From Phyllosticta citribraziliensis (lineage: Eukaryota): a DNA stretch of 64,000 bases. The translations under genes were made by a program, and so were the position numbers. Shown piece after piece: positions 1 through 12,483 of this stretch (positions are counted from its first letter, which is position 1; every line of letters starts with the position of its first letter). A model generated the notes under the pieces. That model searched no databases. It was given only the letters and a program-made list of their open reading frames with translations, and was not told the DNA's origin. The stretch is from the NCBI RefSeq assembly GCF_038025025.1, contig NW_027117344.1:806001-870000 (forward strand), read 5' to 3'.

Positions 1-1836
1 TCCCCTGGGGCTGCGGTACTGGCCCGCCGGATGGTGCGTCGACGAAGCCTCCTGGAGGTCGAGGTTCTTCAAGAAGCTGTCAGCGTGGCGCCTCGCAATC
101 TCGGCGTCCGAGAGCGGCGAGAGCGCACGACGCTTGTCGACGGACCTGAAGATGTCGGCGCCGGGTCTCCTCGTGCTGTCGACGCTGTACGGCGACGAGG
201 GAGGCGAAGCGGCACGGCGCTTGATGGGAGAGCTGAAGACGCCGGGGGCATGGCGCTTCGCATTGTTGTGATTGGCAGGCGAGACGGCTCGACGCTTGTT
301 GGAACTGTTGAAAGAGCCTGGAACATGGCGCTTCGCACTGTCGTGGTGCGAAGGAGGGGATCCAAGAAGACGCTTTTGAGCCAGCTGATTCTTGACTCCT
401 TCATCGATGGCCCTGGAAACTGCAGTGCTGGCCACGCCAGGAACCTCGAAAAGGCCGAGGCTGCGGAGCTTTTTGAAAAGCTCGTCCGTCCACTTGAACC
501 AACTCTTGATGATTGCAATGCCCTCATAGTTTACCTCAAACTTGGTGATTTGGTCGGCAACAGAGTTGTCACCGCCACGATAACGCTCCATCTGGTGGAC
601 GAGGTTCTTGACAACATTGACCGCCGCCTGTTCGCGTCCCTTCATGGCTGCTTGGTCGAGGGCGTTGACTACGCGGCCATTCCAGTAGTTCATGTTGATG
701 TTCAGTCTCTCTGTCTCGGCAAAAGCGCGACGGGGAAAGAGGTTCTGTGTGTCTCAGTACATGTCGTTACGAGAGGGTGAATGACTTACAGGATTATTTG
801 TCCTAGACGGATGCATGCCAGCAGAACCAGCCCCATTTATGCCAAGCTCATAGTCGTAGCGCTTGGACAACTCTTCAATGGCCTGCTTGCCCTTGAACAG
901 AATGCGCTGACGGCAGCTAGAGACGAACTCCGAACGAATTTCCTCATCGGCGGTAGACATTGGCTGGGCTCGCGCATTGCGACCCCTCAAGACAAGCTGA
1001 TTGTTGTCGTTGTGCTTGACAAGCTGGGTGTTCTGACTCGTTGGCGACTTTCCAGGGACCGTGGCCGACTGCTTCTGAGACTGAGAAGGCTTGTTCCGCT
1101 CTTTCTTGAGATTCTTAATCTCTTCAATCAGGCCTTTCAACTTGTTGTTCATGGCATCGACGTCCTGAGAAGGGCGGGGGTGGTTTTGCTGGCGCATGCT
1201 GGCAGGAGCCGTTGGAATCTCGCTGCCAGTCGCGGTCGTAGCAGCTGGCAACTTGGGTCGAACAGGAAGACCCTGAAGCTGAGCAGCGTTCAGATCAACA
1301 GTGCCCCGGGTCACAAGTCCTCTCTCGTACTTGACGGCCTTGCTCTGCAAGTCGGAGAGCTCGCCACGCATCTTTTGGATCTCCTGCTGGAGGCCTTGCA
1401 CGTCTTTGGCGAGGGTAGACGTCTTTGGGGGTGAAGCACCGCTGTGCTCCGACATCTCGCCCTCCTCGCGTTCCACCAAACGAGTGATGCGCTTCGCAAC
1501 CTCGGAGAGCTGGGCGGCCAGCTCATTGTACTTGGCTTGGGTGTGGCCAAGGATGTCGTTGTGCTGCTGGATAGCAGCACCTTGAGCCTCAACCGACTGT
1601 CGAATCTCGGGGATCTGGTAGATGAGGCCGTGGATGTATTGCGCAACCTCAGGCGAAGGCGCAGGCATGGCTGTGGTGTTGACACCATCAGCCGTGCCCG
1701 CCTTGGAGGCGGAATCCTCAGGTGGGTCTGGATTGTTCTGTGTTTGCTCATGATTGTCAGAGCGCAGTCGTGCAACAAGAGGTGATTGTTCAAGCGCGTG
1801 GGTGCAGCAAGAGAGAAGAGCTTTGGGACTTACCAT
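1..1836 (-). CDS. Hypothetical protein with coiled-coil segments and a basic low-complexity C-terminal region; 3' end runs off the left edge
   Basis: ATG at 1836-1834 followed directly by GTAAGT; intron 1833-1738 (CTGAC branch, CAG); exon 1737-790 in the frame of ORF 754..2055; intron 789-745 (GTAAGT...CTGAG...CAG); frame continues NLFPRRAFAETERLNINMNYWNG towards position 1. No family recognised. Confidence 0.7.
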
Positions 1837-2201
1837 CGTGTTCAACTCGGTTGCGAATGATGTCGTCGCTGAGTCGTGGGTGCGGTGGCGGCGCATGCGA
1901 CGAGGGTGGAGCGAGGCTTTAAAGGATGGGCGACCGGAAGAGAGTGGCATCGCCCACGCCGTGCTGCTGGAAATCAGAGGGAAGGTGCCTTCCCAAACAC
2001 CACCGCACCCACTCCGTGATTTCCACTTTGGGTTACGGCAAAGCACGGTCCACATTCACCTCCCACCCACCGCACACCTTTCCCTGTCTCCAGGTTTTAT
2101 CACTGGTATGTTAACGTCTCTGAATCCCATTTGATAGTCCTGCAGCTGACAATGGCTCCAACAGATTGAACCTGTCTCCGAAGGCTTTCGCATTGCCCAA
2201 A

Positions 2202-2821
2202 ATGTCGGAGGCTTCTTTCGAGGAAGTTCTCAAGGCGCTTGCTGTGCAAGGTGCCAAAGAGAACCTTGGATCCGACCACCTTCGCCGCTTGCTCGAGTCC
2301 ATGTCATCTATCCCTGATCCTGCTACCCACGAGGCATGTGTCATTCTCCTTCCATTGCCGTTCTCACACTGACATACGCCATAGGAGCGCGAGGATATCG
2401 AGAAGATGGTTCGCGGCTACCGAGTCTTTCTGGAGATGGCCTTCGCCTTGCGTGGTGTCCAAGTCTGTAAATCGGGCACGCTTGGCCTTGGCCATGAGCT
2501 GGAGGAGGTTCTGGAAGCGATGCCAGCCGTCAGGCCCGGCCTGAGCAACGTTACGTCTGTGGACCTCAACGTCAGTCTCATCGGCCGTCTTCTCTCCAAC
2601 ATCGAGCAGGAGACGGCTATCCTCTTCCACTGCCTCTCTCACCTCCATCCGTACATGGTCGCTCTCGCCAAGTACGATGAAGAGCGCAAGGTTGCTGCTG
2701 TCAAGGCGCGCAAGAAGCAGGAGGTCAGTCATCATTCCAGCCACGCAAGATGCTTAAGCTCATCATTTTCAAGAGAAAGAATCCCGTCAAGGCCTTCATC
2801 CGCCTCTTCAAGCTGCTCTAA
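2202..2821 (+). CDS. Small hypothetical helical protein, 3 exons
   Basis: Exon 2202-2333 (MSEASFEEVLK..ATHE); intron ending TAG at 2384 with CTGAC branch; exon 2385-2723 in frame with ORF 2406..2852; intron 2724-2773 (GTCAGT...AAG); last exon RKNPVKAFIRLFKLL, TAA 2819-2821. Divergent from the first gene. Confidence 0.65.
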
Positions 2822-3294
2822 AGCCAAACAGTTCCTCGCCCCACACCTCTGATGTTGGCAACCCAACGTGTTTTGAGGGTCTCTTGCCTGAGCATCTGCG
2901 GGGATGTTATTGGATATCTCTCCTCTGTGGCAGAAATGGAAAACTCGAATGGAAGCCATGGGAACAACTGTTTTCTCGTGGAGAATGAAAACGAACTAGA
3001 ACTTTCTGAACCCAAGCCACTCAATTCGATTCGCTACTTCTACTATCTCTTGGGCCTGCGTGAATTGTCAACGGGATGCGTACCTTTTGAAAAGAATACT
3101 GAGTGCCCGTCTGAAAAGCCGAACCATGGATGCCACGTGACCCAGCAGGCAATTCCAACAACTCCCACTGTCCCACTTCACATGTCATTTCATAAGGGCC
3201 TTGCAATGATGTCGCGAGCCCTTACGACCCCGCGGCCGAAAGAGGAAAGGTAAGCAAGCTGCGGCGAACAGGGTATACCGCGGCCCAAGCAGCG

Positions 3295-3444
3295 ATGACG
3301 TAGCGGCGCCGGTCCCCGCCGGCGTCCATCACAGGCTCCCGTCAGGTCCATGTCAGGATCAGGCTCAGGCTCAAGGCGCCAACCTTCTTATCCATCTTCT
3401 CGACCAACCTGATACCCTACCTGCCTTACGACTGCGCTATAAAA
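3295..3444 (+). promoter_or_regulatory. Putative promoter of the I78 inhibitor gene: CRE-like site and TATA box
   Basis: ATGACGTA at 3295-3302 (ATF/CREB-like) and TATAAAA at 3438-3444, then a pyrimidine-rich tract, 140 nt before ATG 3584. Confidence 0.5.
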
Positions 3445-3583
3445 CAAAGCTGACTGCCCTGCGCCCCTCTTGGCCCGACATCCTCTCTTCACTATCCAAC
3501 GCTGCCACCGCAACTTCGACACTCACGAACTTCCTTGACACCACCGACCCAAGTCCCAGAACCAACACACTCAAGTCCTCAAC

Positions 3584-4108
3584 ATGCCTCTTGTCGTTCC
3601 TCAGACCACCACCGGAGACTGGGAGGAGAAGCTGCTAGGCAAGAAGATTGGCGATGCCCACGACAACGTGGTATGTTCAACTACCTTCGCTACTGCCTTG
3701 TCCCGCATGATACTCCAGCGTTTTTGCTTCTCGTGTCGACTGCTCGAGAAGCGGCGTCCCTTTCCTTCTCCCGCGTCTGGATTATTTCATCTGGCACATT
3801 CCAAACGTCCCTCGCGCTAGATTCACAAGACAACCGCTAACAGCCGCTCCGCCAGACCTTCGCCAAGCAGGACCTCCCCGAGGAGCACCGCATCATCAAG
3901 CAAGGCGAAATGGTGACGCAGGACCACAAGCCCGAGAGGTGCGTTTGCTCGAAACTCATTTTTTCCAACATACCATACACACACCATACACCATACACAA
4001 TACAATGCTCTCAAAAGCAATTGCAACGACAGCGTGCTGACGAGGGCCCATAGACTCAACATCCACGTCGACGACGACGGCACCGTGCACAAGGTGCAGC
4101 ACGGCTAG
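3584..4108 (+). CDS. Peptidase inhibitor I78-family small protein (74 aa)
   Basis: Exons 3584-3670, 3856-3938, 4054-4108 with canonical introns give MPLVVPQTTTGDWEEKLLGKKIGDAHDNVTFAKQDLPEEHRIIKQGEMVTQDHKPERLNIHVDDDGTVHKVQHG; the RII-x-x-G-x-MVT-x-D-x-x-P-x-RLNI..G pattern is typical of I78. Confidence 0.85.
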
Positions 4109-4500
4109 ACGCGCGAGGAACGCGTCAGGTCAGACATTATTGCCAACAACGCCAGTAGAGGAATTCTTCTACGCGGGACGTGTGCGGCTGGAGGGAGACA
4201 CCGTGGTGGATAGAGTTGGGCGATTTTCGATGTAATGATTACGACTACGATTATTTATTTGCCTTCTTTGCTTTCCTCCATTCCTGGTGCCGAATTTTGC
4301 AATGGGATGAAGACAGTCGATCAGCTCGCTCTGCTGTCTTCATACTAGCATCCATTTAACTACGTATTCATCCATCACTGCCATCAGCAAACACATCTAC
4401 GGAACACCAGCAGCACCAATTACCCCGCCATACCAGCCAGCCAGCCAGCCGGCAGGCCCACAACCAAATCACACAGACCACCCAAACCCGACGCGCACAG

Positions 4501-4559
4501 ACAATCCTGACAGTCCTGACAGTCCTGATAGTCCTCACCGCACAGTCCTGACAGTCCTC
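4501..4559. repeat. Degenerate 9-bp tandem repeat (ACAGTCCTG), about 6 copies
   Basis: acaatcctg acagtcctg acagtcctg atagtcctc accgc acagtcctg acagtcctc. Confidence 0.85.
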
Positions 4560-5698
4560 GGCACTTGTACGGCACAACCCTCAAAAAACTACCCCTTGCG
4601 TCCGTACCCGCACCGATGTTGGCCAATCACCTTTGGGCAGCGGCTGCGCCGCGGCGAATCAGCGCGCCGCGTTGGTACTTTGAACGTCGCATCTGCAGCG
4701 TGCAGGTCAGCTTTCGCAGTGGAATCCTGACAGTCCCTCCCGGATGCGCGCCATGCCTAGTTGGGATGGCCCGGCGGTCCTCGTCTATGATTTTGTTCTA
4801 TGGAATGTTGTTATTGAATACTGCGCTGCTGCGTCGTCGACTGGCCTGACTTTCTACGTGCGTGCCCGCCATCACCACCACCACCACCAGGAATGGTGTT
4901 TCGAGCACGAACGGTGGTCTCATTTACTGCGTTGCGTTGCGTAGTTGCGTGTCTGCTGCGCCCACCATTCGTCACCAGCACCAGCCACAACCACCACCAG
5001 CACCCAATGACACAAAACACCGCCCGGCGACCCATCAGTCATGTCGTTCACCGATCAAATCGAACGCGGCCGCTACGTTCGACGTTGGGCCGCCGCGGGC
5101 CGTCTCTGATTGGCCCGACTGGCCGGCAGCGGAGGAGAGCTGATTGCTTACTGCGGACGATTTTGGCGGGGAGGGGGGAACTGGGAGCTGGTATTTTTGT
5201 CTGCCTCCTTTATTTCTGCTTCCTCTTTTCTTCGTTTTGTTTTTCTTGTTTCGTGGGGTGGTTTCAGGTTTGCGGTTTGGGCGCTGCGATGTGCGGACGA
5301 CTGCTCCCTGGGTCAGCGCTCGGAGTCATCTTTTCTTCTGGCGCCTGCTGTGGGCGGAGCAGCAGGGAACGTTAAGCCATTCATTAGAAGTAGAGAAAGG
5401 GGTGGGCGAATATGTACATGAAAGCTCCCAGATGTAGGAGCGAACGGCAGTAGACAGGGAGACAGAGAGATGAGAAGAGAGGAGAAAACGGAAGGAGAAT
5501 GAAACATGGATGCCCTGCGTCATCGGAGAATAATTGGTGGTGGTATCAAATTGCAAACGCTGCTCTCCGAATCAAGTACGCCAACACAGATCCATCTCTC
5601 TTCTTCGTGCATACTGTTATCCATTCACACATTGCAGCCAACGAAACGAGGTCTTAGTTTCCTCTTTACTCGCTCCTCAAGCCGTCACAGAGCCCATC

Positions 5699-7903
5699 CT
5701 ACGCCAGAAACAGCCCGTCGTCCAGCGACTGGACACCACCACTGTTGAACGAGGACGAAGCAGACGAAGTAGCAGCCCCTGCGTCGACGCACCCAGCCAG
5801 CGCCTCGAGCATCGTGCGCAGACTGCCGACCAGCGCGGCGCGGTGCTCAAACGCAAGCACGATGGCGCAGCGGATGTTGAGCGCAGCGAGCCAGCGGCGC
5901 TCCCTCTCGTGGCGCCTCGTGCCGCTTCCACCAACGCCCGCAGACCCCTCTGCCGCCGCCGCCGCGCCCACCAGCGTGATCCAGTACAGCACGCCCGTCA
6001 TGTCGCCCCAGCAGTCGCTGTAGGGACATTGCGACAGCTTGAGCGTCACGACGAGCTGCACCAGGATGCCCTCGTGCGCGGCGGCCGCGGCTGACAGGGG
6101 CACGCGGTGCGCGAGGGCGTAGGCGAACAGCTTGGCCGCCAGGCGCGCGGCCTCGTAGCGCGCGAGGTGGTGCGGCGGCGGCCGACTCTGTGTCGACGAG
6201 GGCGACGACGAGGGCGTGGGCGGCGAGCCGACGAGGTCGGCCGGCGACAGCTTTTCTGCGAACGGCAGCGCTTGGATCTGGAGCAGGATCGAGCGGCGAT
6301 AGTCGGCGAGGTCCCAGGTCGATGTGTGCGTGGGGAGGGAGACGCAGGCGTCGGTCAGGGCTTTCAGTTTTTGGATCAGGGAGAGGAGGGGCCTAATGCA
6401 CGATTTGGAGCGCGACAGCGTGACGAAGCGGGAGCGGGGGCAGAAGAGCGGCGATTCGGGGAGCACGGCGTTGTTGTCGTAGACTTTGCGTTCGGAGTGG
6501 TGTTGGAGGAACAGGGGATCAGGTTTGCTTTCGCGGAGGATTGCTGAAGTGTATGCCATGCTGACGAGTGTAAGAGGTTGACATTGAAGGCTGAAAGGAG
6601 GGCAACGTACGCGCAAGCCACGGATGCCAGATCTCCACTCACACCCAGTGCTTCCAGACCACCTCTTTCAACAATCAGCTCCCGCAGCCCCTGCTCGTGT
6701 CTCTGCAGCTCTTCGTTGTCGGCGGTGACGACGCGACTGGCCAGCAGCTGGCACACACTCATGATGGTGCTATCGCGTATCCTCGTCCAGCGATCTGTCA
6801 AAGCAGCATTGATTAAGCGAATAGCTTCGGTATTGACAAGCGTCGTCATGAAGCTCGGCTCCGACCTTCCCTCAATGGCGTCCTGGTGTGCCGTGGAGAT
6901 GCCCAGGGTACTCAAGAACGACTCGCGAGATTCAATCATCTGAGGCAGCCATGCTCGCGCCATGGCCTTGGTTCCAAAGTAGTTGTGGCCTTCCCCGTTA
7001 GCAAACCACTTCAAATCCAACGACGGCCCGAGACTTACAATACCACTTGACCTGCTCAACATTGATGCGCGGGTCCGAGGGCTGCGGAAGCGTGTAAAAA
7101 GGGTCATACGGAGAAAAGAAGTTGGACAAAAGAGGCAAGACACCTTGAGCATCTGATTGCAAAGAACTGAAAGATCCAGGCTGTGCGGCCTTGAAAAGAG
7201 GATTCATTTGCACGTTGCCAAACTCTGGGGGCGTTATCAAGACCTGCTCGCCGACCGCCTCGTCTCGTTTCTGCTCAATCGACGAGCGTGGAATGGTGCG
7301 CGGACGCTTGAGCCGGGGTCGAGCAGTCACCGACCTTGTCGACTCGGGGCTGCTGCCCTCAGGAGTGCCCTCGCTGCGAGGAGTGGCGCTCGCCTGCGAT
7401 GCAGTGGCAGATCGAGGCCGCTGGTACTTGGCGTAAATGTCTAGAGCATCGCGATTACTCATGGTCTCTGGGTTGTTTGGATTGGACGACGGGTCGGATG
7501 GACGGAGAGCTGTCGTCGTAGAGTTGCTGGCGCTGGCGGCACTGCCGCTGCTACCGCCCCTCGTCTTGCGAGGTGTTGATGATTTGGTCGTGGTCCTGGC
7601 ATCCAGACCCGTCGTCTGCTTCTGATTGCGGTGCTCGACGACCTGATACATGACGTGGGAGCGCACGCCCCGCATCAACTCGCGGTTTTTAAACTCCTCG
7701 GGCTTGGTGGCCGTGACGAACTTGAAGGTGCCGCCATCTTCGGTCGACGAGCGCGAAGAGGGCCTGCTACTATGGCGGCTGATGGGAGCGTCGGGGAAGG
7801 GCTCTGCGGCGGCTGGCGTGGGCCAGTGGTGGAGCTCCATGGTGGTGGTACTGGACATTGCGGACTGCGGGGAGGTGGAATGGGCTTGAGATTGGCCAGA
7901 CAT
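5699..7903 (-). CDS. Fungal-specific transcription-factor-domain protein without a Zn2Cys6 cluster
   Basis: ORFs 6998..7903, 6376..7152 and 5699..6616 joined by introns 7038-6990 and 6610-6561. N-terminal FKFV..VRSHVM motif, DPFYTLP, EAIRLINAAL and H-x-x-GL..IV..RGGL..LG motifs match this family as I recall it. Confidence 0.75.
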
Positions 7904-8305
7904 GCAGGGTCGGAGGCTAACTCGCGATTGGCGGTGTTGGGTGGTGGCGGGCTGGGTGTCGTGATGGCAGCATAGCTCTACGGAGGGCGGCCGTAGAGGA
8001 AAGCGTCGACGACGATGGATGGTGGCGAAAGGGAAATATAAATCAAATCAACAGCGAAGTGTGCGACGTCTGGCATGTCGGTGTCGGTGAGGTCAGTCGG
8101 TACCTGGCTGCAGCCACGTCCCCAGATGCGAGCAATCGGTGTGCAATTGGCGAGTGCGTGGGCTGCTGCGCCTTTGACGGCCGTCCCGACCACTCAGGCC
8201 CAATGCCCTATCCTACCACGTCGCACCGCCCACTGCAAAAGCCCTATCCACTACGCCCGCATCCGCACCGCTTCACCACCAAGCCCTGCAGGAGATTCTG
8301 TCCAT

Positions 8306-11300
8306 TCAATGCTGTGTCGCTGCTGCGCTGAGGACGACCAGGTCTTGGTCCTCGCCTTCTTCGCCGTGGGCCTTGTCGACGTCGTCCTCGTCCGGGTGCG
8401 CGTCGCCCACTTCTGCCTCGTCAGCCCCCAGGGCCCCACCATTGGCTACCGCTCCCGTGGAACTCGTCCTGCTGCTTCCTGTGCATCTGGCCCGAGGCGC
8501 TGATGCCAGGTCGATCCCGCCTATGCCCATGCCCATGCTCATCTTCATCTTCATGCCATTCCTGTCCGTCACTCCTCCACCTCCATTCTTCAGCCCGCCC
8601 TCTCCGCTCGTCCCGAGCTCCACCTTCTCGAGCGCTTCCCGGAGCGTGGCCCCCGACTCGTCGAGAGCAACCAAGAAACGCGCCAGCTCCTTGCAAAGGT
8701 CCCAGTCTTGCTCCCTCTTGGCCCGCTCGAGGAGCCGGACCAGTTGCTGCGAGCTGGAGCCGAGCTCCTCGAACGTGTGCAGCACCAGCAGGTATCCGCC
8801 CGCCGTCTTGAGCGAGCCGCGCTGCAGTGACTCCTCGAAAAGCTCTTGCGGCGGCGGCAGGTGCGCAAACAGCGTCCGCCACGACCGCAGCTCCGTCTTG
8901 CGCGTGCATTGTACCACGATATCGAGATACTGCGGGAACGACGATAGGAACGACAGCACGCTGGGCAGCAGCGCCTGCTCGGGAGGAGGTGCGTTGTCGA
9001 CTTCGTCATCCAGCACGTCGTGCAGCAAAATCTCCAGCGCGTGCGGAAAGTAGAGCAGGTGCTGGTAGTGGTGTGACAAATGCAACGCTGCAGGGGAGTT
9101 GTACTGCGAGAGGTGATGTCGCAGAAGCGGTGGGATAAAGAGATGAGTCTGGGCCTGTCAGCAACCCTTCTCGCACACCTTTGGTCAGCAATCTGCACAC
9201 TTACCCTCGTTGCAAACCGAAAGTAAGCAAAGTCTATGTCGCGCCTTTGAACAAGCTCCGATTCCACGCCAAACAAGATGCCCTTGTTGAGGAGGGGAGA
9301 CAGCGGGTAAAAGTCGACGGGGATGCTGACCGTGGCCGGCAAGTCCCTCCCAAGCTCTACGCTCGCCGACACCAAGACGTCTTGAGCGTCAATCCATAGC
9401 TTCATGTCCTGCCCGTCAAAGTACCACAACGAATCGCGGAGGTCGTGGCCCTGCAGACTGTCGTGGGGTAGCCCTAAAGAAGGGCTGGGCGGGAGGTATT
9501 CACCATCCGACAACTTGAATGACGGATGATCGCGCATTAGCGCATAGTACTCGACGTTTTGAGCAATGATGCGCATCTCGTACTTGAGCACTCCGTCCTC
9601 GCTCGTCGTTGGCTGGAGCAGCACGAGTTTCCCGTCGACCAGGAACAGCACAGTCGCCACTGCAACGTCCTTGGACGGATCTCCGTGGTCTAAATCCCAT
9701 CAACGCGTGCCCTGTCAATCCGACGCCGATCCATTTCTTACCTAGCTGGTCCTCTGGTAGAATCCAACTCAGCGCCCGCACTCGCGGTGGCGCTCGAATG
9801 ATGCCGTGGAGGGCAATCTGTCCCACCCGGACTATCCTCACCGACGAATTGGCGACGTGGATGATGTAATGGTAGAGGATGTTCTCATATGTGTAAACCA
9901 GAAGAGAATCATCGCCCGAAGGCGCAACCAGCACTATAGGAGCTGGCAATCGCTCAACGTGCATGATTTTGTTGTTGTCAAGCTCCTTTTCTCGTGAGTA
10001 GATGCGAAGCTGTGTTGTATTAGGCCAAATGTCAAAAACCAGGAGTTCTTGCGAAATCTCACCTCGTAAGAATTGTTGGCTTCCACAGCCGCTATCAGGA
10101 CATGCTGATGCCAGCACATGCCTCCGCGGACACTGAATTCCTTTTCCATCAGGGGGTCGTCAAACGTCTTCCATCTGCCGCTGCTCACGCTGTAGTGAGC
10201 CAGGCCGCGACGCCCTGCCACCGCCACGTACCGTCCATCCGGAGATATCACCGCGCTTCGGACTGGCCACTGGTCGACGAGGTAGACATTCGGCACTTGA
10301 ACATGATGCCATAGGGAAACTTCTGCCGAAATGGCCGTCAGGTCGGGCATGTCGTAGCCACGATAGATCATGAAGCCGGCATTGGTCTGCAGCAGCGACC
10401 GAGAGACATTGGCCGACGAGAAGCACCCGGCCACTGCGCTGCGAGCCATTTCGAGGAGCCACAGCCGGTTGTCGTGTTGGCCGAGAAGGATGATTTCGGA
10501 GCCTCCGCCGACCCAAAACCCGTCGCTCACCCCGAGCAGCCACCCCTCATCGTTTGTTTCGGACATGGGCCGTGTCGCCGTGAAGCTGCTTGCCCCCGGC
10601 TTGCCGTAGACGCTCCACATCATCCAGCCCCGCTCGTAGCCTGCAAAAAGACTGTATCCGTCGGGCGAGTAGCTGAGGAACGTCAACCTGCCCGAGGAGG
10701 CGGATGTGAGGCCGGTCTGCAGCTTATGCGACAGCGGGACGTTGCCATCGTAATCTCGCACTGTGTGGACGTGAATTTCGCCGTTTGCGCAGCCCACCGC
10801 AAGGAGCGAGAATCGTGCATTGATGGCGGCCTTGACCGCGTGGGTATCCTCATTCGCTGGCTCGTGGAAGCAAAATCCTTTGAACAGACTCCTGAGAGCT
10901 TCTGGCTGTGTCGTATTTGGCTTTGTCCGCTGGACCGCATAGACTCTCCCGTCGTTCATGACCCACGCATACAAGTTCATGGGCCGGTCGTACAGAATGT
11001 CAACCACTGCAGCCTTCTTTCCAAGCCATGGCATTTTGATAAGTAGCTCTGTTCTTGTCTGCGTCCCACTGCTATCTGGCGCCCAGCGTATGCACTGCAT
11101 GGCGGCAGGGTGCTCGGTCGCCACCACGAGCTCGTCATCCAGCGCCAGGGCTTTGGAGATTCCAGCGTCGACCTTGATGACCATCCTGAACCGAATGCTG
11201 ACTTCCCGCACCCCACTGCCCTCTCCGGGCCCACTAAACTTGTCCGCATGCGAAGTCGTCCTGTTGCCGGCGATGCTCTGCCGCCGCGCGCGTCCACTGA

Positions 11301-11884
11301 CATTGGGGTCGAAGTGGTGTCCGTAGACATGGGAGTTGGGATCCGTCGCGAGAGTGTAGGTGATGAGGAAGCCTAAGGAGGTCTGGATGACAACTACGCC
11401 CGAGTCAGGCCGGACAAGGATTTCAACATTGTGGCCATAGGTCTTGATGGAGGCGGGTGATCGCAGGACAGACGCAAGCACTGCCGTCGGCTGGGCCTTT
11501 GTTAGCAACAACTGTATCCCGCACGGAGAACAAGTCTACCTTGGTCTGCCAAATGGAAAGCGTCGAGCGCGTGATTGTCGCGAACAGCTGGCCACTGCGA
11601 GACATGCGCATGGCCACTATCTCGCCCTCGATGTTTGCTTCGGCATCGCTGCTCCCTTGCAGTGTGCCGTTGGTGGACGCGCTCGCGCTCAACAAACGCT
11701 GCGCGGTCCCATTCTGCCCTTGTGTCACCAGATTATCTTGTGCATTGCCGGGCGCGTGCCGCGGAGGGGAGGATGAAGAATCCGGTGCCGCGTCGATGCC
11801 ATCGTCTGTCGTAGCGCGGAGCTCTCGAGCGAGCTGGCGTTGGCTGGTGGCATAGACTCTGGGGCTCCCAATAGGCCAGTACAT
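8306..11884 (-). CDS. RIC1: RIC1, subunit of the Ric1-Rgp1 GEF for Ypt6/Rab6 (beta-propeller plus RIC1 domain)
   Basis: MYWPIGSP start; YVAVAGRRGLAHYS..RWKTF, VDFYPLS, HALEILLH, VVQCTRKTE..W..LF, TAGGYLLVL and WDLCKELARFL motifs; introns 11539-11491, 10062-10010, 9741-9690 and 9204-9149 join the ORF pieces in frame. Confidence 0.93.
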
Positions 11885-12483
11885 GGCTTTCTAGGTTGAG
11901 CAATGCCGGCATTTGGGAAGCTCCATCTCAGTCGGGTGTCGGGGAAGCTCAGAGGCCAGCGAGGATGACGTTCGGCGCACCGTGGTCAGGTCTCGAGAGG
12001 TAAGGATGGTGCTTCGGTTGGTGCTCGCCGTGTCGCAAGGCGGCTGATCCCCGCTCGGCGCTTTTGCCTCGTGTCAATACTCACTGCCACTCCACTGCTG
12101 TCGAAACCGCTTCCATTCCACCTTTCCAGCTCCGTTCAAAAGCGGAAACAATGCGAAACCTTAACTAGGAGGCTGAACGAATCATCTTCACATTCCCAAG
12201 CATTCGGTTGAACATGAGCTTTCGTCATTCAAGTCGATGGTAGTTTACAAGAGAGAATTCATCATCCGCATCCGAGTCCGTACCTAGCACCAGCGCAAAA
12301 CAAAGCGAGCCCCGTGAGACTCGTAGCTTTTGTTTTGAGTGATATGAAAGCCTCTTGAACGAGGCATCCGGCCCTGAGCGCCTTGATCTGCCCGACAAGA
12401 GAAACGCCGTGACGCAATGCCAGAATCCGTCCATGACCCCAGCCACCATGTTCCACAACACCGCAAACACCAAAAGGGATATC

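Noticed and set aside
31..1434. Long + strand ORFs 31..780 and 781..1434
   Set aside because: Codon-aligned antisense shadows of the spliced minus-strand gene, whose intron signals are clear.
4501..4559. Repeat array as a possible CRISPR
   Set aside because: 9-bp head-to-tail units with no spacers, eukaryotic context and no cas genes.
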